Assembly: GCA_030704615.1 (NCBI GenBank)
Contig: CM060732.1
Coordinates: 76,260,001 to 76,324,000, forward strand
Source of the DNA: Takakia lepidozioides
Taxonomy: Eukaryota; Plantae; Bryophyta
DNA: 64,000 bases
Reading direction: 5' to 3'
How positions within the stretch are numbered: position 1 is the first letter of the stretch; the number at the start of each line of letters is the position of its first letter. Below the pieces are notes generated by a model that ran no database searches, was not told the DNA's origin, and worked only from the letters and a program-made list of their open reading frames with translations. Shown piece after piece: positions 24,060 to 37,271 of this stretch. The translations under genes and the position numbers were made by a program.

Positions 24060-25319
24060 TTGAGGGATGGGGCTGTTGGTGCACGGGTGGAGGTGCAATC
24101 ATCTCCCATTCATGTGGAATATCAAGCCAACATGCGTGGGGTTGATGTATAGGACCAATTGAGGGGATCATACTCTTGTCAAACACGCACCCAGAAGTGG
24201 TGGCACCGCCTCTTTTTTTTCGTCCTTGATACATCCATGGTGAATATGTGGCTACTATACCACATGCACATGGCTTCTTTGGGCAAAAAGACATTCACTC
24301 ATGCCTACTTCCAATTGTTGATTGTAGAGGCTCTGACAATGGGATGGCAGCATGGCTACACATCTACATCTGTAGTGGTATCTTCACATGCGCCGGCTCT
24401 TCATATGTTTGAGCGTTCTCATTTACGCCGCAGATGCATTGTTTGCAGCCAGAGGTGTCGCACATTTTGTGGCTGTTGTGACAGTCACTTTATGTGCCAT
24501 GGCAAGTGTTTTCTTCGAGTTCACCGTAGACATCGCTAGGTTGCATTTGATGTCTTGATTTTGATAGTGACTACACCTTGGAACTCTTGACAATTGTGAC
24601 ACTCTATTGTTGTATTTTTGTTTATGGATAGTACGTATTGTAGGGGATGACAGGGTGGTGGGGTGGTGTGCGTGCGTTGCAGGGGGCTGACTTTTTTACA
24701 TGAGAATTTGACATTCTATTGCGACTAGTAATCACTAACATTAATTAGAATCACTAACAATAGCTAGAGGGGGGGAGGGAGGGAGGGAGGGAGGGAAGGG
24801 AGAGGGGGGTGGTCGGCTGCGATGGGCAGTTTTGCGTGGGTTCAATCCCCACTCGAGTCTAGGTTATGGTAGGAGGATGTGTAGGACTGATTGTAAAAAA
24901 CATGTATCATTAAGTTCAGCACCTAGCTGAACTAGTGTTCATATGTATGTATCATGAACGCGTTCAAGAACTTCTTGAATTGATGTATACTTCCCTTTGG
25001 AACACTTAGAAAATTTCAGGATGTATTACACAGGCTTGAAAGCATACAAAGGACTTAGAACAAATTCAAGGACCTTGCTTGAAAGCATACAAAGGACTTG
25101 GAACAAATTCAAGGAGCTTCAAGCACACAAAAGACTTAGAACAAATTCAAGGGGCTTGAAGCACACAAGTACACATGGGACTTAGACAAATTCAGGGGCT
25201 CCTGCAGATTGAATTTCAAAAGTGTTTGGAATATGCTATGTGGTTTGAAAACATTCCGGTAAAGTCAAAAGTCCGGGATGTATTTCCGGTGAAATCACCT
25301 TCATGTGCAAACTTAAGGG
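24060..25319 (+). mobile_element. 3' part of a piggyBac-like element (third catalytic Asp, Cys-rich domain, right terminus)
   Basis: YQANMRGVDV*DQLRGSY..KWWHRLFFF and the C-terminal RRRCIVCS..CGCCDSHFMCHGKCFLRVH. Terminus ..CTTAAGGG followed by TTAA at 25320-25323. Confidence 0.8.
25030..25196. repeat. Subterminal tandem repeat (about 40 bp, about 4 copies)
   Basis: AAGCA(T/C)ACAA..GACTT(A/G)GAACAAATTCAAGG recurs. Confidence 0.8.
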
Positions 25320-25715
25320 TTAAAATCTAACTTAGTTTGGATGGAAAGCAATAATTTTTTTGTAAGGCTGCGGGCCCGCTGTAGGAAAAGACAAAGCTGT
25401 CAATTAGGGGCGCCGTGAAATCCGTTCGCCCCTTGTGAAGGGACGGCTTTTTTGTGCCCCTTAGCAAGGGGCGGATCCGTGGGGGCGCCTCTTAAGGAAT
25501 ATCCTATTTCATCCAATAGCGCCTCCTTAATCCTGGGGGCGATTCATGGGGGGGCGTTTGCAGCTGCCCATGGAACCTGGCTCTAAGTAGTAACCTCCAA
25601 AAGCCGTGAAGGCTTTAACAAGAGGAGATCCTGCAACCCTGAGAATTGTTGCTGTTCCATATCCTGCACCTCACTGCTCACCCTTTGGGCGTGAGGCCCG
25701 TCCATTAGCGCCAGC

Positions 25716-27085
25716 ATGGCAGGAGAGGCGCTGCAAGAGGGAGAGAGAGTGGCACAGTGCGAGAGCAAGAAGAGAGCCTTCATAGGAGACCTATTCTCAG
25801 AGAGACAGAGGCGCAAGAAAGCATGCGTAGAGAGAAACACACACATCGACAAAGAGAAATCAGAGATGGATGGGGAGGTGTGGAGCAATCTCCCTTCCCT
25901 CCCTTCCCACCTGTTGGAGAAGCGGGTGTTGGCAGTCTTGCCGTATAGACGACTTCGTGGCCTGTGCAAGCAATGGGATTCACTTATTTCTCAATATCCA
26001 TACTTGCTAGGGCTACGCAATGAAGTCCCTCTTGGGAAGCATGTGTCATGCTTCATGTTTCTCGACGAAAGTTTGCGAATGCTACTCTATGATCCATTCA
26101 ATCAACATCAAGATTGAAAGTTCTTGCCACATCGGACGACGATCGAATGCGCCCACACAATGCCTAGACCAGCAAAATCGACCTAAAATTCCTTGAGCAG
26201 CATCTTCCTACTCCTACTCTTGTCCCCTATCGTTGTATTCTTGTCCACCATCGCCGCACTGCTGTAGCAGGAGGTCTGTTTGTCTTCACAACGTGTGTCT
26301 ACACAGAGTCTGTCGCCACACCACTGTCGGGTTCATATGAGACTATGTACACAGTGTGCAACCCGCTCTCAAAATGCTAGAGACGACTGCCTTCTTGCGT
26401 CCGCCCTGTTCTTATGCAATTGGTGGTGGACAGGACCGACTCCTACAAGGTTATTGTCTTAGGACGCTCATTGATAACGCATGTGTATGACTCGATCTCG
26501 AACTGTTGGAGTGAAACTGGGAGGATGCTTGCGGATCTGAGCACGAGACGAAACCCGCTTGTACAAAGCGTGATATGTGGCGACGTTCTGTACGCCATCA
26601 CTTATCCGGAATATTTTATGCCATCAGCTGGCAAATTGCTGGCATACAACATAGCAAGGGGCGTCGTGTGTACAGCGATGCCCGATCATGTGAGGCGGAA
26701 ATACCTTGTGGAGAGTGGCGGGCGCTTGTTGTTGGTTGGCGCTATGGTTTCCTCAGAAGACTCGGAAGATTATCGCATAATTAAAGCCATATGTTTGTGG
26801 GAATTCATGTTCTCCACTCGAGAGTGGAATGCATTAGGGAGAATGCCTAACTGGTTATTGAAGCAATTTAAGGATGATATGCGATGGGAAGAGGATTTGT
26901 GGACTGCCCTAGCGCATGACGGTCTCATCCTCTTCAAATGCCAGCTGTCACGAACCTTGGTGTATGACTTGGTACAAGCATCATGGGGCTGGCTTCCTCT
27001 GGCTCCCACCTCGACAGATACCTGGACAGAAAAAACAACGGTGAGCAGTGTTGTGAGCCTCCTTCGTTTAGACACAAAAGTGTAG
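25716..27085 (+). pseudogene. F-box protein (kelch/beta-propeller-type C-terminus) pseudogene
   Basis: F-box MDGEVWSNLP..LLEKRVLAVLP..LRGLCKQWDSLI, then AVAGGLFVF, VCNPLSKC*RRLP, YKVIV, VYDSISNCW and LVESGGRLLLV. Stops at likely Trp codons (26115-26117 and about 26378) plus a frameshift. Confidence 0.75.
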
Positions 27086-28205
27086 TTTTGCATTTAATAC
27101 ACTCTCGACCTCCAAATTTTCAGCAGGATCTTGTAACATTGTGGTTTTTCATTTATTATTACATTCTCGTCTGCGCTACTCTGGTCCAAGATCTGAATGT
27201 CTGTGGTTTTTATTTATTATTACATATCGCCCGCACTACTCTGGTCCAAGATCTGAATGTACATACCACTATATGAGGGTTGAATGTATGTGAGATACAT
27301 GTGAAGTATTCAGGTATATCCTCCCAGACCCAGTGGGAGAGAGTTACTCTCGACCCGAGCCCCCTTCAGTCCTCAATACTGTACCCGTACAACATGAACC
27401 CCCGTCCCCCAGCCAAGTGAGGTCGAACCTATGTCACCTGAGCCCATCGCCTCAATCAATCCTACTTGCGCAGAACTCCAGTGCCTACGTGTCATGGGGG
27501 ACACCCGGGAACAAGCCAACAAGGATCGGACAGACAAGCTGGAGGCCCTAGAAGAGGAAAACCAAGTTCTTGAGGGAAGCATAGCCTTTTCGGAGGGACC
27601 CAATGACCAGCAAACCAAGGGGGTTTCTGCCTACTACTTCCCAACAAGCATTGAAGGAGTGTGAGAGTGAGTGATAACATCACATTTCACCACTTCAGAC
27701 ATCTATCCTGATGGGAAAATAGCAGCTAATAGTATCCAGAACTGTACAAATTCTGCCACAAGAGAGAGCATCACAATCAATTGATTTGCTTGCACTACAA
27801 TCACCACAGGAACTGTTCACACGCCATGACTTCCGCGGACAAGGGTGAAATCCCTAAGGCAAACAAGAAAACTTGCATATTGATCAAGTCTACCCCAACA
27901 TTTCCAACCCCACCCGACATTAAATTGATTCTTTTCGTTCACAGGCCAAATCCACAGCCCACCATCTCCATTGGGGTTTAAACCCCTTAGTACATGCATG
28001 ATTATGCATGCACTTAAGCCATTTTAAGCAGCATTGGATCAGAGTCTTGATGGACAAGGGTTGATTCACTCCTCCACCCTTCGCATAAAATCACCTGCAT
28101 ACAATGTACTTGCCACTGCTCTTGTTGGGTCACATTGCCAGGAGGTGCTTTCCCTCTCGAATCACCGCCTTAGTCACCTCCGTGAGATGAGAGAGGACAC
28201 AGATC

Positions 28206-31200
28206 TTAATCCCCTTCAGTCACTGCAACTGCTGGTGTGGATTTCTCATTCACAACTACCCCAAAAGTTTCTTCCTTCTCAAATAGGTTACATGGGGGTA
28301 GGGACTGAGCACTGACAGTAGAGCTACCCTTCCGAATTTCTTGAAGCGTCCGAAGAGCTGCCACCATGCTCTTATATATAACCTGTACATCTCCACCAGT
28401 CGAGAATGAGGCATCATGGAGTTCTTTGGGGGCTTCCTCACCGCTCCCATCTCCTTCAATATCTATGCTTTCATCAGCTGGTGATGGAGGAAAGAAGGAC
28501 AGCAAGTTGTCACACTCTTGCACTAGCTTGGAAAGGAGCTCAGTTGCAAAGAACGGCTGTAGCAGCACCTTTCGAATGAAAGGCAATCGAAGTACTGCCC
28601 CAGTACGCTTATCATGCTTCTTTAGGATCTTCACTAACCCTGCAACCCCCATCAAGCCCCTTAAGTCTCACAAAATGATCTTCTGGATTATTTTTCATTA
28701 ATGGCAACAGATCAGTATTCAACAGCAATGACTGATCTTTGAAGTACCACTCGTAGAACTATCCTATGGTGTATCAACTTCTGTGCCAAAGAGGGCTGAG
28801 GAGAGCAAGGGGAAGACTAATGTACTCATAAGACATTGTTTGCTGTAGCGTTGTGGACATAGACCCCGCGCCCAGTTTGGCCGGAACAAATGGGGAAGTC
28901 TCATATGGCTATACACGATGGGTATGCTTTGAGGTACCACTAGAACTATAATATCATCTAATGATATATGAAGGGTAGGGAGGAAAGCTAGAGGAAGAGA
29001 GGCATGGTCTCTAACCCATCCTAGCCCATAAGGATATACATGTAGAGACGGAAACAAAGAGAGAGTTACGAAAGTGACTCTGCAGTTACAAACACCATGG
29101 CCTCCCGGTCATAGACCCCAACCCCATTGGGTAAAACCCTTAGTGTGGACCTGCCCTTTTGCTAAGTTCTAGCACACATGGTCCCCAACACAGAGTCTGG
29201 GCCAAAAGCCGTGGAGGAGAGCAAGAGGAAGAGAAAGGAACAGTCATTCAACCCCTACTAGCCCGGATATATACACAAAAGTGATTACTGCAGTTACACA
29301 GCCAACGTCGCCCAAACTCTAATCCCATTGGGTAAAACTTAAGTATGAGTGTGTCCCCTTTGCAAAACTTAGTTCTAGTGGCTGTGGTCCACACCATACA
29401 GGCGTGCATGCATGAAAGCAGGGAACAAAAGTAGAACCCAGGCTTTCCCAGGTGTAATGCCCAGCTTTGATGATATACCACAGCTGACACCCCTGCACTG
29501 GCTTCCACATCCTAACATCTGGTTGGTGCGCTTGCCTGCCAGTGTGGCTGGTCAGGCATGCTGCATGCATGGGTCTCCAGCACGGTCGCATGGAAAGATA
29601 AGGTATGCTGCAACATGGACTGAGGTGAGATATGGGCTTTAAGTTTACATGGAAAGAGGCCCCAAGGGCTACCATTCTTCTTCCTGTACTGACCTGTGTA
29701 ATTGAGAGCACTGTAACTTTCCATCAACACCATCTCTCCATGGAAAGTAACAATATCAGTTCGGATCTTCAAGAACTCCTCATTCCACCCAAATTCCTGT
29801 GCATGCGCCCTGCTTTGCTTTTGCAACAAATCTAGCCTATGCTTTACATCCTGCAACCATGTCCCACATTATTACTGCCATCGTTACAAGGTCATCGTAG
29901 TACACTCCAAAGCAGGTTGATGAACAGCGCTGAAAGGAACTATAGCACAACTGAAAGAGAAGCACCGGCAATGATTTAAGTGCAGTGAGGGCTTGGAGTG
30001 TCATTTCTGCAGCCTCCCATGTGGCATACCTCCATGTATAAACAGAATAGCACCACACAATGTGGATCCTTTTACAGATTCATACACATAACTGAGAGAT
30101 AATAGCATAGTGCTCTTTGTGCATTCCTTGAACATCTAACTGAAAGTCGGTTAAAAGGTCATAGCAATTTCAACAGGTGTTATCTGCAACTCCCTTGTGT
30201 TCAGAACTTTCTAGAATGTAGTGCTGAGAAGCACTATGGAAAGAGAACAACCCTATGGACATTTAAAACGATCATATGATTTAACCTGCCACTATGAACC
30301 TTCAAACTGCAAAAACGCTGTCAGGTCTGCAGCCCAACGTTGTGAGCATAGTAGCAAATTCGGCGTATCTTGAACACACCAGATTCAACTTCCCATGCTG
30401 TATACATCCCGCTCAATTACCAGTGGAAAAAGAAAATTCAATAGGCTATGTACAATCTAAAAAAGTTTTCAGTTTTCAACCGGCTCCATCTTGTAGAACC
30501 AGAATGCCAAGACACACACACCTAATCAGATTAGTTCCAATGTACCCTCCAATAGAGAGCCTCACAAATGGTTGTTTAGCATAACCAAGTTAAGCTTACC
30601 ACAAAATCTACAAATTCTACTATTCTTCTACAGGACCTACTTCTTGGGCTCCGCCCATTTCACAGAGATCATGGAAAAAACCAAAACCCAGAGACGAACC
30701 CTACAGGGATGGCTCCTCTGCATTGAAAAGGGGGATTACTTTATCATCTATGGTAAGGCTTAGAAAGAGAGAGAGAGAGAGATGGAGAGGGATGTGAGGT
30801 CTGCTGTCAAACTTTCCTCACTGCCATCTGGGGATTCTCTTCCCATATTAAAACATATCCTCCACAATGCAGCTTTAGTCAGACCTATTAGAACTTGTGA
30901 AGAGAAGGAGTTTTCTGGGAGGGCAATTTACCCTACAGAAGGACTTGTTCAAAGAAAGATAGATGACTCTAACGCAAGAAAGAGTCTGATGAAATTAGTA
31001 CAACAGACGGATGCCCCTCACTCAAACAACTTCCAAACCACCTCATTCCACTGTCAAATAGGCTTGAAACCATGGACACAGACAGGTGGGAAGGGGACAA
31101 AGACAAAGAGCTGACCATTGCCTCACGTTTGCAGTGTCCTCGTGATGCCAACCCGTCCGGAGCTCATCCCATAATTTGTAGCCAGAAGATAAAAATTGTG

Positions 31201-31858
31201 AAATCTATCATTGCATTTAGCTCACAGCGAATGAAAAGAGTGAAGTGGTCATCAAAAGTAGGAATGTCCTAACCTGCAAACGGATGACGTAGTCTTCCTC
31301 CTTTTCGGTGAAAAAGGCGTTGAACTTCTCGAGCTCCACATTCAGTAGCCGGATGAACTCCTCTTCTTCAGTCGTGAGCTCCTTGTCCTCGGGTGCGGAG
31401 AGGGGCGGAGGATGGGTCCTCTCCGCACGCAGACCCCTGCCACTTACTGACTCCACCTCTTTTTCTCCATCCATACCCTCAAGCCCTTGTACCCTCTTCC
31501 TCTTGGCTCCAGCCCCAGCAATTTCCGACCCCTCTACACCCACTTCTATATCTTCCCCCGCAGCCAGGATTGGCATGCCTTCTAGATCCTTGGCTCTTTT
31601 AGGTGGGCCTAAGATATGTGCACAAGCCACGGGCGGCCATTGGACGCTCTCTCGTGTCACGTCTTCTTCAAGAGTCGCGAGCTCAGCGCCATCTCTATCG
31701 GCCACGAGGGCAGCAGGCTGGAATGCGGCGTCTGGCAGGGAATTGCGGTCCAAGAACTGCTTGATTCGCCTCTTTAGCTGTTTGTAAGACAAGAACTTGT
31801 CCCGGTATTCGGGAGGCAAATCATCCAACAAAAGCTGCAACAGCTTTCCATACTTCAT
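28206..31858 (-). CDS. SPX-domain phosphate/inositol-pyrophosphate sensor; exons 31858-31274, 29850-29694, 28639-28206
   Basis: MKYGK..RDKFLSYKQLK, ELEKFNAFFTEKEEDYVIRLQ, FHGEMVLMESYSALNYTG, LVKILKKHDKRTG, RKGSSTVS. GT-AG junctions keep the frame. Confidence 0.93.
28822..29395 (-). mobile_element. Short 3'-end fragments of TC-tailed LINE families in SPX intron 2
   Basis: 28822-28893 matches the 3' end of the LINE at 51110-51176. 29056-29230 and 29270-29395 are two copies of a related 3' end. Confidence 0.65.
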
Positions 31859-32794
31859 GCTTGCAAGACTCGGATAGGCTCCCCCTATCCGAATTATCGT
31901 GTGGATGCCTCCACCTTTCTCTCTCGACACCTAAAATTGACAGAAACAAGAAAAACTCATCGCCTCCGGCCAGAGAAGAAATCCAATCACATGAAGTTCA
32001 ACCATCATACACCCCTAGCGAGAAAGCGGAAATGAAAAAACACGACAGCAAGACAGATTACCCAAGCCCAGACACACACATGCGAACACAAGAAGAGATC
32101 AAACCGCCAAAAATCCCACCAACACTCACACCTTCAGCAATACCTTGCCAGACACACAAATCCCCTCAGACACTATCCAATCAACCCCACACAAACCTGG
32201 TCACTGAGATAAAGACTCACAACACATCCTTAGTCTCTCCGAAGCAAAGACAAACACAAACACACCACACACATCTTCCAACACACTCGCAGCGAACGAG
32301 AACAACGGAAAGCTAATGGCCCACAGGCCGGCCCCATCCCACGGCCATTCTGACATCTAGACGAATCCAACGGCTCGAACTCGACGACTTCGGACATTCC
32401 CGAGAACATACTCCCGCGCGAATGTACCCGGTATCTTTGCACCACCGGCTGCAGCCCGCGACCACAGTACGGTTGGGCGACCCTCTGACCTAACCCGGTA
32501 GATCTCTCGGAATCTTCTTTTATCCTACTGTGGCCACGGGGCTGCCTCGGAAACCAGAACTGGACACTCAGGACCCAAACCGGTTCGGTCCTTGCCTCCA
32601 GTTCTTGGTTCGGCAGAAGTATGCTCAAAGTGAGGTTCGGGATAGGTTCGGTTCAACGATCGTGTCTGGGTATGGATAGCAGGGTCATGGAACGCGGTCC
32701 AGAATTTGATCCGACGATGGGCTAATTCTGTCACCTCGCTCGGTAGACAAAATTAGATCAATAATGCTGCGATGCTTAGTAACTCATTTATTCA

Positions 32795-33290
32795 GTGTGT
32801 ACTACTTTTTATACGTTTTTTTGAGAAATATCACTTCATTTAACTATTTAAGTTTTTATTTATTTATTTTATGTTTAATGAAAAGAGGACAGAGGCCCTG
32901 GATTAACTTTATTTAGTGGGAGTTTTTATTTAATTTTCTGGATTGTGGACAAATGGAAGCAATGGTCTTTATTTTATTTATTGCCCCATTTAGGATTGTT
33001 ACAAGAGCCTGTCATTGCTCTTTTGGTAAGAGTTACCCTGTCGTTATATATAGAGAAGAAGAAGAAGACTCCAACAAAAGTGTACTACTTTTCATATGTT
33101 TTTTGGAGAAATATCACTATAATCTCTTGGATTATGGACGAATGGCCCAAGCAGTGGTCTTCAATTTATTTTATTGTCCAGTTTAGGATGGTTACAAGCC
33201 TGCCAAGTCATAAGTTGTGCGGCTCTTGCGGTTAGAGTTACCACTATTATTATATTAAAAAAAATAAGATGACTCCGAAAAGCTACCAGC
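32795..33290. repeat. Degenerate AT-rich tandem duplication
   Basis: The blocks GTGTACTACTTTT..GAGAAATATCACT and GGATT(G/A)TGGAC..TTTAGGAT..GTTACAAG..AGAGTTACC each occur twice. Confidence 0.6.
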
Positions 33291-34331
33291 CGTGCACTTA
33301 CTACTACACACTTTCAGGAGTGCACTATCTATAGTGACAGAACTTATCATAAAAACATGCGAAGTCAATGGATTGTTTGAACATAAGTTGGTTGACGCCA
33401 TGTAATAAAATCCACATATTCATTATAAAGGATCTTATTCTATGTAGTTGAAAAATGTGTTTAAATAATAGCCTGGTTGGCCTGACCAACTTTTCTTGGG
33501 TATGCGGTAAGGGCCAACTTCCATGTCCCGGCCGTCCCGGCCAAGTTATCGAGAGTTAATCAACATCGGTGGAGCGTGGCCGACTGGTGTGATAGACATT
33601 AGAGTCTCCTCTTTTAGTCGGGTGATAGTTGATTTTAGCATGTCATATCTTGTGATTAATATATTTAAAATACTTTATAGACCCATATGGGATCCATACT
33701 GAGTCTACAAACCTGCAAACAACTCAACACTGAACCTCCAGCTGCCACCGGAAGGGCCATAATATATGGAAAATGAACTAGGTGGTGTTCCCGGCTGCTC
33801 TGCTACCGGCATGTCTTTGAGAGCTGCGGTTGAGCTAAATTGGCACCCAACCGGAACCTCATAGACATTAGAAGTTAGAGGTTGGGTAGCGTGTGAGCAT
33901 GCTTACGTGAGCACAAGGGCATATTCCCCGAATTTCCACGAAATTTCCACAGCAAAATGAACTTGGCAAAACTATACATTATGCGAAACTATCTCATAAA
34001 GAACAAGTATCTCCTATACCTGATGAACACTTTATCCTATAAGCGTGGCTTTTTTTCTATAACAGGCGTGCAAGAAAGAGGGACACTGGAAACACGAATG
34101 TCAGTTGAGACTCAAGCATGAGGCAGAATTGGGAAATATGGAAGCCGAACCGAGTGTAGCCGTAAGTGTGGTAAACCCTGTAGTTGATACCCTTGCGGTA
34201 ACCCGAACTAGGCCAAGAAACAAAAACCTCCAGATAAGGAATATGAAGAAGAACGGAAACAATATCCATAAAGTGTAGCATGACAGGAAGAAAAGAGCTT
34301 ACACCAGGAGGTAAGCAAGGCCATAGCTCAA

Positions 34332-35340
34332 ATGCAAGAAGGAACTCATATACCTTCTGGAGATCCAACTCCAAATAATCAGATCAGACCAACGACGAAG
34401 ACCACGAATGAAACCACGGAGACAACATTGGCTGAAGTAATATGCCAGACCAAGACCCAAATTACCATTGGGCAATTATTAAAAATTGCTCCACATTGCA
34501 AGAAAACTTTATTCCGGGCAATTGAGGCATTGACCCCTACACCAAAACAAATACCAATACCAGAGGTTTACACGATTAAACCCACAATTATACAACGAGC
34601 TCCAGACTACGACGAAGCGATACCAGTAATACAAGTACGTATTGGACGGAAGCTAGTAACGGATGTACTCATCGATGGAGGATCGGGAATGAATATCATG
34701 ACGGAAAGAATGAAAAAGTCACTAGGATTGGGACACATGGAACCTACTCCATTCACAATACGAATGGCCGATCAACAAAAAGTACAGTCATTGGGTATTA
34801 TCAGATGCCTTACGATGGAAGTAGCAGGACTGGTATATGAAGTATCAGTAACCCTTCTTAGAATGGAGAATGTGGCAGAAAGATATTCGCTACTACTTGG
34901 CCGACCATGGTTAACACAAGCCCAATCACACCACGATTGGGGAAACCAGAAGCTCACGATCAAAAAAGGATCAGAACAAGTCACTATCACCACGAAGCAA
35001 CGAGGCGCGATTCCATGAGAGAAATGACCTTGTATAGTGGAAGAGTATGACTGGTCCAGTGGACTGTCGGATGAAGAAGAAGCCACAGTATATGTAGCAC
35101 ATCCATAGTTAGAACCCATTGGTCAATTAGTGGTCAAAAGTACCACAACAATAGGATGTCACATGGTGAACACCTAAGGAGAATCAAGTACTCCAATATC
35201 GGAAGATCCTGAGGAAGAAGCTATGGACACACCTCAATACCCTACCCATTACTATCAAGAAAGAGAAGAGGACATTAACATCAGTGAAGTACATGCCATG
35301 ATTGCAACCGTTGGACAAGAGATTTCAGGATGGACACTAA
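34332..35340 (+). mobile_element. Degraded Ty3/gypsy fragment (aspartic protease region)
   Basis: ITIGQLLKIAP, VLIDGGSGMNIM, FTIRMADQ, YSLLLGRPWL. Confidence 0.75.
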
Positions 35341-35510
35341 CGGAAGAAATCCTCTATACCCGCTTACGATTTTTTTCCCGCTTTGGAAACATATAAGTCA
35401 TATGACCGAGGTTAAGAAAACATAAAACTCCCATGACTGTGGGTTGTGCTCACGCGATACCAACCCCCTAGAAGTTGGAACCTCAGAGACATGAGAAGTT
35501 GGGCTACCAA

Positions 35511-35692
35511 GTTGTAGCCTAGTGGAAATGGGCACATACCACCTCGAAAGTTGTTGTGGGTTCAATGTTCAATCCACCAATTGTTGTCACAAAGGTATCC
35601 ACCTTCCTAGCGGAAGGGAGTCACCATTTGGGGTCAAGAGACACCATAATTTACGCTTCCTTCGGGAGGCGTCATATATATATATATATATA
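35511..35692 (+). mobile_element. tRNA-derived SINE, copy 1, with a (TA)n tail
   Basis: A-box-like TAGCCTAGTGG, B-box-like GGTTCAA, and TSD TGGGCTACCAA (35500-35510 and 35693-35703). Confidence 0.75.
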
Positions 35693-36502
35693 TGGGCTAC
35701 CAAAAAAAACCTAGCAATTTTGTAACCCAGCTAAGTTATGAGGATTCTCTCCTAAACCACAAACATTCCATGTGGGGCCCTTAAATCCTAAGGCAAAGGT
35801 GTAAGAGCCACTTTACACGCTAGGCAGTTGGCCCCCATTATGACATCATGCCCAATATTTTATGCTATCTTCCCCCTTCCCATGTTTAGAAATTCACTAC
35901 CTACTTGCTATTACCCTTCACCCTTGACCCGTTGACGGGTGCCAAGGCTTGCAATCTCCGTAAAATGCAAAGTCTTGCAGATCGTGGGCGCCCTTGATGT
36001 TAAAAGATGGCTACTCACGGTCAATATTGATAGCAAACCTCCACGTTCCGGTCATCTCCAGCTCTAGAATGCAAAGCTTGTGCTTTGGGCCAATTTTCTT
36101 TTCCATGTTTATTTGGTGTCAAATGCTTTCAACACCATTTTGTTTGTTCGTTTCATATTGTTATCTTGCACCTTTATGGATTCATGTAGTTGCAGCAAAC
36201 TAGATATACAATTCATATGATCAACATACCTTAATGTGTTGAAATTGTCGATTTCATCAAGTGTTGAAATAATCGCTTGCCATAGCTATAGAACACAATA
36301 AGCAACTCACCGGCGCAACTCAAAATGCAAATATGACCTGCGACAATGGTGACATCATTCAACGTGCAAAGGTGAGCTTGGAAAGTGTCTCTTAGAGGGG
36401 GCCTTCAAATTACCTTAGACCCTGGTGCCTAGTTCCTATACACAACAGACACATCCCTTGGATGATGCTCGGGCGTGGTGGGTAGCCCGGATCCACTCAT
36501 TT

Positions 36503-36815
36503 TTTTGTTATTTATTAAATTCTTGGGGAAATGGATGAAGCTCAAATTACATTACACAATGAGGAAAAAATAACCTTGGAGGGCCATGAAGCTTGAACAA
36601 GCCAAGGGCTTCACAGCAGGACAACAACAGAAGAGTTTGGATCCACTAAAATGAAAATATAGACGCCTCCCGAAGCTTCTCTTCACCACAAGGGCTATTG
36701 CCTTCCAGCTGAAAAGTGGATACCTTCATGACACACCAGACCGTGGTTTGAACCCACAACCACACCCAACATGGTATGTGCCCATTACCACTGGGCTACA
36801 TGCTGGTTGTCTTGA
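36503..36815 (-). mobile_element. tRNA-derived SINE, copy 2, with a 3' extension and A-rich tail
   Basis: TAGCCCAGTGG and GGTTCAAACC boxes; homologous to copy 1 as far as TTCGGGAGGCGTC; TSD ATCCACTCATTT (36491-36502 and 36816-36827). Confidence 0.75.
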
Positions 36816-36870
36816 ATCCACTCATTTAAGGTAATCTCATCCAAAACCGCTGGAATAAAAAATACGCATA

Positions 36871-36902
<32 letters not shown>

Positions 36903-37271
36903 CTCTTCATCGAGGCACTATTTTTCCTGTAGTATGAGCAATGTAATTTGGAACCCATCCCGAGTTGATTTTTGGAGTAGCTATGAATTTCTATCTAGTT
37001 AGAAGTAGACTTGCCTATTCACATTAGTAGACTCATCTATTCCCCTCAGCAGACTCACCCATTCAAATCATCCATCTATGATTCTTCATCCAATGGTGTC
37101 TAAACATGTGTTATGGGTTCTGCATGAACCCTCAGACATTGTGATCTCACGGATTTGCAACGCTTTAATGTTGGAAATGAGGGATTTTTATAGGTGACGC
37201 TTATAGGTGGGGTAATGGAATCGGGTGAGCTTACCTTTTTTTCTATTTTTTTTAGAAAGGGAAATACCTGG

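Noticed and set aside
24832-24856. tRNA T-arm/B-box-like GTGGGTTCAATCCCCAC
   Set aside because: No A box, acceptor stem or cloverleaf is visible.
27140-27262. Tandem duplication of about 60 bp after the F-box pseudogene
   Set aside because: Real, but an ordinary local duplication with no functional signal.
33919-33926. P1BS (GCATATTC) about 2 kb upstream of SPX; another match at 29032 in an intron
   Set aside because: A motif with six fixed bases is expected by chance every few kb, and this one lies among TE debris.
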